28,666 nt of DNA from contig JAYUGC010000110.1 of NCBI GenBank assembly GCA_043767805.1, positions 1-28,666 of the forward strand, read 5' to 3'. Position 1 is the first letter of the stretch; each line of letters opens with the position of its first letter. The notes beneath the pieces were generated by a model. The model was not told the origin of the DNA. It was given only the letters and a program-made list of their open reading frames with translations, and did no database searches. The translations under genes were made by a program, and so were the position numbers. This stretch comes from Pseudomonadota bacterium (lineage in GTDB: Bacteria; Bdellovibrionota; FAC87; UBA2466). Shown piece by piece: positions 8,347-18,000 of the stretch.

Positions 8347-10221
8347 ATGAAAATGACGTCGCTCTCGGCCGCTAGTCAGTTGGATAACGCGTGGTCGTGT
8401 CGTTTCAATCAGCAGATCGATGAGTGCCGCCTCCTCCTGGAGCCCATCCGCGTGGCTCTGGGTCTTCCCCAGGGGCCCCTAACCGAAACCGTCCTCGGGC
8501 CTTTCACCGGGACACATAAAGTCGAAGCCGCGAGCTACGTCTTGCTTTGCGCTTCTCTGGCGCGTGCGGAAGGTAAGCACGGTCAGGCGAAAGATGGGAT
8601 CGCCATGGTGGAAAGGCAATTTTCCAATGGAGAGAGAGTTCCCTTTCACTTGCCCTTGCAAAAGGGGCTCACGCTTTTCGTCGATGGGGATTATTCCCAG
8701 GCACTCGACCAGTTTCTTCTCGCCAAAGCACGGGCGGAGCACCCGACCCAAGCGATGATTGCACTCGCCAACGCGGTTCTCTGTCTCGAAAACCTCGGGC
8801 TTCCGTTCGAAGGCGCCCTGGAGGATTTCCGCGCGCTTTTCCGCAGGCAATCGGCTCTCGATGCGACGTTGATAGATCTCCGAAATCAGCTTGAAGCCCT
8901 GGAAATGCGCCGCGGATTTCGTTCTGGAGATCTCGCCGCCGCCTTCGCTCGTTCCATTTTACCGCCCGTCAGCCAGGCGACCTATTACCGCCTCTGGTTG
9001 AGCGAGCTTCCCTTCCATCGTTTTCATTCCGTGCTCGAGCCGTCGGAGATGGAATGCTTTCTGCTCGCGAGCCCGTACTTTCATCAGAAGAGCTTTCGGC
9101 TGCGCACTTTGCAGGGGCTCGTGCACTCAGTCGATTCCGATTCCTACCGCCCCACCGAGCTTGCGGACCGTCTTTACCTTTGGACCTGGCGCTGGCTGAC
9201 CGCGCCCGACAGATTTCCCGCCGACAAAGTCACCGCCTTGATTCAGAAACTCGATTTTGCCCAGTTGCGGGAGAATTTCACGGCGGAAGACGCGCAGATG
9301 TTTCGTAACGCGCTTTTGTGGCTCTCGCTCTTTTTGCCGGCGCGATCGGGGCCGCTCCGCCGGCTGGCGCTCTCTCTCCGCTCCGGAGGGCAGTCGGATT
9401 ATCCGCTCTATGATTTCGAAGGGCAGGTCATCGCCTACTTCACTTTGCTCCGAGATCAAAAGACGGTGGAAGCCCGAAAGCGCGGCCATGACCTGCGCTC
9501 TCATCCGCTCTGGCCCAATGTCGATTTAAAGCTTGCCGCTTTGGTCGAATGCGTTGAGGACGAGGCCTCGCCCATTCCCCCGGCCCTCTCTGAGCTGGCC
9601 AGCGAGCTACGTGTGCTTTGCCGGCTCGATAAGGTCACGGCGGATCTCACCGTGGATCTGGCGGCGCTTCGGCTGACGACGTTCCGGGGTGACGAGGTTC
9701 TTTCGGATTCCATGTGTTAAGCGTTTGAGTTGCTGAGCGGCAAACCTTGCGTCGAGGTGGCGGAGTTCGCCCTCGTTTGTTTCGGGCTCTCGCGTTTTGA
9801 CGCTGAGATTCATAACCCCAAGGTATTCAATTTGCTCGCTCGCATGAAGGCGTTGAAAACTCCCGGCATCCGCTTTCAGCTTAAATCGGGCCGTATCTAT
9901 GCCTCCGGCTCCTGGGAAGGCGTGCGCTTCGTAAGGCCGCACGGCATGGGTTTACAGCTCGAAAGCCGAGCCGGATGGAACGAGCTATTCGAGAAAAAGC
10001 AAAAGCCCATCGAGCCAGCCGCTGAACGTTGGGTAAAGCCCTCCGTCGCGCTTAAACAAGCCGAGAAAAACACGGAGCTCACTCGCGAAGAAATCGAGCG
10101 AATGACCGGAAAATCCCGCAGCACCGCTACCCGTCTCCTAAATCGGTGGCTCAAAGACGGCATCCTCAAGAAGGTAGGCCGCGCAAAAAACACGCGCTAT
10201 CTCTGGCTAGGAAATCCATAA
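8347..10221 (+). pseudogene. TPR-like / winged-HTH transcriptional regulator interrupted by one in-frame TAA (9718-9720)
   Basis: ORFs 8347-9720 and 9730-10221 are in the same frame and read through as ...SDSMC*AFELLSGK. The second ORF has a TTG start with no RBS. The N-terminal part is helical/TPR-like (GDYSQALDQFLLA); the C-terminus is wHTH (LTREEIERMTGKSRSTATRLLNRW...KVGRAKNTRY). Confidence 0.68.
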
Positions 10222-10228
10222 TAAGGGC

Positions 10229-10373
10229 CGGTCACTGGTTGCTGGTACGAGGTAGGCTATTTCGATCTTAACCTCACGGACTCCTCATTGAGATTGGACT
10301 GGCGCTAACGAGCAGTCCGCAAGGGAGAGATCAAATGGATTACCTCGTACCAGCATCCAGCAACCAGTGACCG
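10229..10373. repeat. Long imperfect inverted repeat / rod-like RNA candidate
   Basis: 10229-10245 is the perfect reverse complement of 10357-10373. 10246-10254 pairs with 10341-10349, 10257-10268 with 10328-10338, and there is an inner GGACTG/CAGTCC hairpin. Confidence 0.8.
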
Positions 10374-10521
10374 CCCCGGATCGAACGCGCGCTAGCGCGG
10401 GTTTTCGTCCCCTGCCTTTCGACCCACCTGATTCGAACCATAAAAGTTTTCTCGCCTCAAATTGAGGTTCGTCACGGCGTAACGTCGAAGAATGAACTTC
10501 TCTTTGAAGAAAGGACCTCCC

Positions 10522-11298
10522 ATGAAAAAATGTTTCCACCTACTGGCGATCCTGACGATCGCCGCCGTCTTTACCCGCTGTTCCACGCTATCTCTCGATA
10601 AGACCCGCGTGGGCTCCATCAAGAAAGTCGCCGTCGTCGGCTTCGTCGTCGCGCAAGAAATGCCCAAAGGCCCGCAGTTTAGCTTATCAGGCAGCCGCGA
10701 CCGCACCATGATGCCGGCCTGGACTTCTTCCCTCCCTCACGCCAGCGAGCATTCCACCGAAATGTATGGCCGTCTCGCCGTGGCGTTGAAGAAGGAGCTT
10801 CGCTGGACCGTCACCGAGCGAAAAGCGCTGGAGACGAGCTCCGTCTACCATCCCATCTATGAAAAATTCATGAAAGGCCTGCAGAGCCGCCCGCCCATCG
10901 GCACGAACGTCGAGGCGTTCGGTGCCACTGGCATTCTGGATCCCTATCCCATCGAGCGCATGACCCTCGACGAGCGCCAAACTCTGATGAAAGCGCTAAA
11001 CGTCGACGCTCTCGCGGTGGCGACGGTACGCATTCGTCTCGAGAAAGCGGGCGGCTTCAAGATGCTGGTCGGCGCGGGCGACTTCAAGCCGGTCGCCGAG
11101 ATGGCCTTCACGGTCTTTGATGCGAAAGGAGAAGCCCCGGTCTGGCGCGATCTGCAAGCGACCGGTGAAGTCGTCGCCGAAGGAACGTCGCACGTCTTCG
11201 GTATCACCGACATCAAAGCGCTACTCAATCAGTCCATTCAGGCGGCGCAGAACTCTTACGAGAAGTTAATGCTGCGTTACCGCGAGCAGAATGGATGA
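10522..11298 (+). CDS. Hypothetical lipoprotein
   Basis: AAGGA RBS before ATG 10522. MKK + hydrophobic stretch + lipobox-like FTRC, followed by IKKVAVVGF, a motif common in envelope lipoproteins. Confidence 0.75.
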   Translation: MKKCFHLLAILTIAAVFTRCSTLSLDKTRVGSIKKVAVVGFVVAQEMPKGPQFSLSGSRDRTMMPAWTSSLPHASEHSTEMYGRLAVALKKELRWTVTERKALETSSVYHPIYEKFMKGLQSRPPIGTNVEAFGATGILDPYPIERMTLDERQTLMKALNVDALAVATVRIRLEKAGGFKMLVGAGDFKPVAEMAFTVFDAKGEAPVWRDLQATGEVVAEGTSHVFGITDIKALLNQSIQAAQNSYEKLMLRYREQNG

Positions 11299-11314
11299 GC
11301 CTTGAAGGAAGGGA

Positions 11315-11351
11315 CCGGACTCCGAGGGGTGTCTCTACCCTCGGAGTCCGG
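11315..11351 (+). terminator. Strong hairpin after the lipoprotein gene
   Basis: CCGGACTCCGAGGG-gtgtctcta-CCCTCGGAGTCCGG perfect 14-bp stem; no clear U-tract on the + strand. Confidence 0.55.
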
Positions 11352-12003
11352 CGGGAAGATCAAAATTCAAAACCGTTCGTCATGTATTCACTTTCCCACG
11401 AATCATCAGAGGCGGATTAAAGCGCCGCCCTCTTTGCTAACATTCGTTAACGGACTTACTGAGCGGCGAGAAAGGCTCTTTGTAATGGCTAGTGGAAGTT
11501 TGGCCTCCAGAAGAGCCGAGCACGCCACTGAGCCCAGTAAACTCAAGGGGACTTCGCCCACAGTAGTTTTTGGGAAGCTAGAAATTAATTTGTCGAAGGC
11601 AATTGAAGGGCTGAGTAATCAGCCTTGCATCCCTTACCCATTCGCAGCGAGTGAATGGCTCGCTTGGCGTGGGTGAAGGTAGTGACTTTTTGGCCAAGGT
11701 GCTTTCCGAGGCAGGTGAGCACTTCTTTCTCCGCCATCTCATTTATCGTTTCCACCGTGACTCCCGGGTAAAGGCCTAATCAATCGCTCAAGGGGCCCAA
11801 ACAAAAAGGCTCAGGCCTGCAAGTTGTTGAACCCACACGCAACTGTCGCGATTTCAAAATCGACCGACTACAGCGACCGAGACTCACCTTTTCTTGATTT
11901 GCAGAAGGCGGGGGATGGATAGGCACCATTTCGCGCATTTCCTTCCTGCTCCTAGTAGCGATAAATTAGGTTTCGGGCAATAAGTGCCCCGAAACGCCGT
12001 CTA

Positions 12004-15000
12004 CTAGCGCTTACTCGGAAGCGCTGAGCGCTTACTCACGACGATCGAGAGAATAAAGAACAGAAGCACTAAGACGGACTCGATTGGCCGCGTGGGCCGG
12101 CTCGCTCCGCGCGCGCGGCCGCAGCCTCCGCCTTCCGCGCTGACCGTTCCTCCTGTCGGAGCGGCGTCTTCGGCCGAGTCAGCGGCAGCGACCACCGGCG
12201 CAGCCGCGCCGAACGCGGAAGCGGGAAGCCGCACGGAAGGATCTCCGAAGAAGGTCCAGCTGCGCATCGTATCGGTCATCGCCCTGCCAGTTCCCACCGC
12301 AGTTTTGGCTCTCACCATCACTTCGCCCACCCGCACCGTCGTACCCGGCCGCGCTGTCCCCTGCGCCAGCTCGTTTTGAAATGCCGTCGCGAGCGCCACC
12401 TGAGAGGTGGGTGAGGTGAGTGACGTCGAGCCCCAGAACCCGATCGCCCCTCCGGTCGGGTTCAGCACGAGGGATTCGCCCAGGCTCGTTTCGGCCGGAT
12501 CGGGGTAGTAGAAAACCGAGTTGAGACAGTTAAGTCCGACGACAAAAGGCAAACGCGCATTGGAGAGGCCGGTGGCATCCGCGTTTTTAAAGAACTGGTC
12601 CGTCGCCCAAAGGCCTTCCGCTCCATGACCGAGATAAGTCATGAGCAAAGGTGCTTTACCGAACTGATCGAGCACGGACACTTTTGCCAGAGCGTCCGAG
12701 GCGAAGTCACCGCGGGAGACGGTGTCCGTCACGAAATCGGGCCGCAGCGCCTTCGCACCATCCGAAAGCGCCGCCGCCTTCCCGGCAAAGCCTTCGCCCA
12801 TGGTGTCTCTATCGACGATAAAAGAGAGGGAGGCGGCTGTCGGCGCGCGACCGCCCGATTCATAGGCGAGAAGCTTGGTTACATAGCCTGCGATCACTCC
12901 CGGCTTGTCGGTGGGAAGGCGCCCCACCGCCATGGTCGGCAATCCCGTCGTTTCGTCGGCGACGAACCAGTGGTCGGAGCCGAAATCGTCGTAGGTCCCT
13001 CTTTCCAGAGGCATCGGCATGAGATCGGCTGCGCGCCCATACTCCATGCGATCGGAGGCATCATAAGAAGCATCTCCCAAAAGGAGAACGAACCTGGGAG
13101 CCGGGGCGGCCCACGAAGCTCGCGCGTACAGAAGGAAATCGCGGATGCCCTGAGAGGACTTCATGCCCTGGGAAAACTCTGCGTAAATCTGAGCGGGAGT
13201 TGCCGTTACGACTCGCAAGCCCTCGGACTGCCTCTGGCTGATAAGAGCGCTCGCCGCTTCGAGAAGGGACTGATTTCCGATCACAATGAGATCCGCCCTG
13301 CGGGCCGCGTCCTTTAGAGCGCCGGCGTATCCCTCCACAACCACCACCTGATCTGGAATCAGATAAGCGCCCTCCTGAATGGCGACGAGACGGTACCCCG
13401 AGGTCTCTTCAGTGCCGGCATTTACCAGAAACTGTACTTGGGTGGTCGGACCATCCGCGGCGGAGGAAACCACGTTTGCCACTTTTACCACTCTCGAAGG
13501 ATCGCTTACGTCGTAAACCGATACGTCCGCGTTCTCATTAAAATTGCCCGCGGTGATCACCGCGCCTCTAGTCTCGTTATTTAGCGTTGCCACACCGTTC
13601 AGCGCGAGCCGCGTGGCCCGGTAATCCACCTGGATGCGATCGATATCCAAAATTTCGTACTCGTCGGTTTTCATTCCGGAGGCTATGGCCTCGAGCTTCA
13701 CGCGGTTGGTGCCGGGAACGAAGTAGAGCGAGGGAACCTCGAGGGAAACCTCAGTGGGATCGGCGTCGGTAAAGGCCGCCTCCGCCAGCCGAGCCGCCGA
13801 GCCATTCACCCAAACCGCCAGATGGTGCTCGGGATTTACGGAAAGAGTGCCCCGCCCACGCAGCGCGATTCGGAGGCGCACGGGACGGCTTTCCTCGGGC
13901 TCGAGCGCGGGCAAGGTCAGCTGAAATTCGTGAAAGGCATGAGAGTCCGGCACACGCCCCTGTTGGTGGTAGATGCGCACCCAGTAGAGATGATCCACAG
14001 TGGAGCCCATGGGAACATCGAAGACCTCGCGCAGATTCTCCTCGAACTCGGCATGCCCGGCGGTCGAAGCCAATGTGGACGGAGTCTGACCCGTGGGATC
14101 GCCGTTCAAAACGCCAAAGCGCTTCGCCGGTCCGGTACTTCCCGCTAGCCGCTGCCGCGAAAGGACGATTTCCGAGTACGGATCCTCGAAGCTACGGGTG
14201 CGAACGCCCCAGAACCGGATCGCGTCGCCGGAATTGAAGACGTTATCCGAGTCGACGATCTCGATGGGAATTTCCGAGCCGAACGCGTACGCGCGGAGAT
14301 CGCTCGTCGCCACGCCCGCTAAAGTTGCCTCCGTCCCCCACCGTTTGAGGTCATCGAAGGCCACTTCGTAGAAACCCGTCGCCCCAAAACGAACTCGGAC
14401 GGTTCCTTCCACGGAAGCCGGAGACTGGGCGGCCGCCACCGACGGAGCCTGAGGGGTCCATCCCTGTCCATCCAAACCCACATCGATGGTGATCCGGGTC
14501 GTTCGCCGCACCTGACTCGTCGATCCGTGAAAGAGCACCGGGTTCACCCGGACGCGGACATATTTCTTCAGCTGAATCTGGACGAGAGCTGGGTCCACCT
14601 CGAAGAAGGCGGCGGGATAGTCCGCGTCCAGAGCATAGGCCGGGGCGCTGGGAGAGTAGCTGGGCCGCAGGACTCCCCCCGCGTCCACCGCCCAGGACGG
14701 CGCCGGCTGAACGAGCCGCCCCTCGGAAGCCGCCTCGGTGATGGTTGAATCGAGGACCGCGGCCCCGCTGAAGTCGGCCGGCACTTCCACGAGAATGATT
14801 CGTTCGGGAAGCTCGGGCTTTCCGGCCTCCAGCAAGTTGCTATAGCCCGGCACGCTGATGCTGACGTAACCGGCGTTCCAAGCGGAGACCGGGTATGTGG
14901 TGGCGGGAGGGACGACTTCGAGACGAAACGCCTTCTTGGTTTGGGCGAGGATATGAGCGCCGTTGCCGAGATCCTTCAGGCCTCCGTTCGGACCCATTCC

Positions 15001-18000
15001 CACATCGGAAGGGCTATTGCCCGTGCCCGCGCCTGTCGACGAGTCGGCGGTATTCGTATCGCCCGAAGGAGCAGGTGGCGCGCCCGCGGAGGAGCCGGGG
15101 ATCGCATAGACCGGCCCATGCCGGGTCTTCGTACCGGAAACGGCCACGTCCTCGACGAGATAATAATAGGTGACGTCATTTTCTACGTCGCTATCCACGT
15201 AGCGGTACCTGCCGGAGGCGGAGCTGCTGGAGCTGAGATTTCGGATGAGCGAGGCGTTCACCTGAATGTAGCCGTAAAGCGGGTTCGTGCTCCGATAGAC
15301 ATTGAATCCTTCGTGGCTGGTTTCCACCGTTGTTCTCCAAAGCAAGGCCACCGCGGAGTTATACCCCTCCGCCGACAATGAGTGAAACGTCACCGGCGAG
15401 TTGGCGGCGGAAACCGTGATCGTGCAGTTCGTCGCCGATACTTTGGATTGGGCGACCGGAGCCGGTGCGACGTCCATATCGAAATCTCCGAACCACTGAT
15501 TGAAAGTGATCGTGTTACCGCCACAGCCAGTGGAGGACGCGAGAGTATAAGCCTGGGTATCGGCGGGCACCGGATTATTAGGGCCCCAGTTCCAGCCGAA
15601 GTTCGAGGCGGTGGCGGGGAGCGAGCTCGTATTGAGCTGAAGCGCTTTCATGGACGAGTAAGACGCCGAGAGATTACGAAGCTGTCCCCCGTTGAGATTG
15701 CTGAGAACGGTGGTTCCCCCAACGACCAGCCCGTTCAGATTCAGGTTGTCGATAAGAAACCCGGTCAGGTTCACCGTTCCGCTCGTGGCATTGAAGCCCC
15801 AGGTCCCCGCTCCATTGATTGTGACCAAAGCTTTGTTCGCGGTGGCTTGGGGATAGGCATCGTTCACGCCCGAGGTCGTGAACGTACCGCCGTTCACAGT
15901 AAGTGTCTGGCCCGTGCTGATTTTCAGCGTGCCGCCGCCCTGCACTTCCAAAGTGCCGGCCGCGACGGAAACTCCGTTCGGAAGAATCAAAACCTTTCCG
16001 CTGGGAACGCGAAAAGTAAAATTGGATGTGCCCGGAAATGTCAACGTGGTCACGGTGAGCGTGGTCCCCGCCACGGTAACCGTGCCGCCTCCCGTCTTAT
16101 TGAAAGTGAGCGCGGTAATGGGGGAGGTGCTGGAAATTTGCTGGGCGGCTCCCGTCGCCGCGTCCTCGAGTCTCAGTGTCCCATCATTCTGTGTAAAAGT
16201 CCCCGAGTTGGAAAAGTTGCCCCGAACGGAAAGTATCGCCGAGGTGGCATTCTGCAGGGTCAGCGTCCCGTTTCCGATCGTGAGATTCTTGCAGGTGGCG
16301 GTGCCCGAAGCTCCGTTTACAAGAGGGTTGTTCGAGGCGCTGTCGATCTGACAATCGACGGTGGCGCTCGGCAGCCCGGCGCTCCAGTTGGTGGCGGTGA
16401 ACCAGTTGGTGCTCGTAGTGCCGGTCCAGGTAGTCAAGGTCGACCCTACGATACTGGCGGCCGTCCCCAGAGTAATCGGCGGAGAAGTGGCCCCCGAAAC
16501 AAGGTAACCCTGATCCGTGACCAGATCTCCCGTCGCATAGATTTGCACGCCTACTGTATTTCCGCCCACCGCCGCCGTGGCGACGTCGTACTCCACGTAA
16601 ACGCATCGCTTAGGGGGCGTGGTCGTGCTGGCATGAACGGGAATCTGGCCCACGGACGGACTAAACGTCACGGTTCCCGGACTTCCCGCGAAGGTTCCCG
16701 TGCCCACGAGAGTTCCCGACGCGCCAACACAAGTGGAGTCATAAAAGATCCGTACCTGAGAGATATCGGTGGATGAGCCCGTGCCCGTTAAAGTCAGCTT
16801 GAGAGAGATAATGCTCGCGTCGACGAAGGAGGCGCCCGCCTGACTCTGAGTGAACCCGAACCGCCCCATATTGTAAGTCTGGCCTGCGTTTACGCTGGCA
16901 GGACCCGCGGCGTCCCGGTTGATGGATATCGTATTGGTCGCGCCCGTCCACGAGATCAAGTAGGTGGGAGCCACGTTAAAGGGAATACCCGACAGGTCGC
17001 CGGAATAGCTCGTGATGGCGAGGGTTCCCGCGCTGGCTCCGGTGGTATCTATGTTTTTCACGCCCGTCGCGGCCGAACCGGCGCTTTGAAAGCTCAAAGA
17101 GTCGATGGCATTTCCGGGAATCTGCCGCTTCAGCTTCAAAAAGGTGGAATTGTTGGTCACCGGCGAAGCAAAGGAACCATGCTGCAGATGGTTGGTGTTG
17201 TCTATCGTCGCTCCCGCCTCGATGGAGAGCCCGTTCAGTCCGAGATGATCGAACGTATAGTAGTTGGCGGAGATATTTCCGTTCACGACGACGCTGTAAG
17301 TATTGGCTCCACCCGTCGAGGTGACTTTTACGGTTTGAGAGGCATTTCCAACTAGGGTCAGCGTGCCGCCCAAGTTCACCGTTAGTACGGTTCCGTTTCC
17401 AAGGGCAAGGGTTCCCCCCGGCTCGACTTGCAGCTCGGCACCCGACTGAACGGTGACTGCCGCTCCAGTCAGAGTCAGAGTTTTGCCGCTGCTAATCCGC
17501 AACACTCCGCTGGTCAAAGTGACAGCGCCGCTGAAGGCCGAGTTCTCGTCCACGCTAACGAGATTGTTTCCCGCCGCTCCCGTATTGGCCACGACAAAGC
17601 TGCCCGGAAAGGTGGTTCGCATTTGCAAGCTCTGGCTATTGGCCCCGCGCATTTTGAGCACTCCGGGACCGGCGGTGGCCGCCGTGAAGGTCATGCCCGT
17701 GTTGGCGTCCAGGCTCCCGTAAAGGCCCAGCTCATTCGTCGTATTGTTGTAATCCAACGTGCCGCCCGTCTGCAGAATGCCATTCAGACAGGAGGCCAGT
17801 GCCACGTTCAGGCGCGCGAGGAAAGTCCCGTTTCCGACGCGGCAATCCTGGGTGGAGGTTGGAATCGTATTGGGCGTCCAGTTGTTTTTTGTGTTCCAGG
17901 CATTGGACGCGCCCCCGTCCCAAACGCTCGTCGTTCCGGCGCTCACCGTGGAGGTACCTCCCACGACCGGCGGGCCCGAAGAGCCGGAGAAGCTGTAAGC

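Noticed and set aside
9730..10221. Independent 163-aa HTH gene
   Set aside because: Same frame as the upstream ORF, TTG start without RBS; better read as the 3' part of one interrupted gene.
10229..10373. Retron msr-msd or CRISPR interpretation of the long inverted repeat
   Set aside because: No reverse transcriptase, cas gene or repeat-spacer periodicity in the window.
6482..11664. Similar short motifs GAGCGAATGGCTC (~6482) and GAGTGAATGGCTC (~11649) in two intergenic gaps
   Set aside because: Only 13 nt with a mismatch and two copies; compatible with chance.
11302..11676. 124-aa plus-strand ORF
   Set aside because: It runs through a terminator-like hairpin and has no RBS or recognisable motif.
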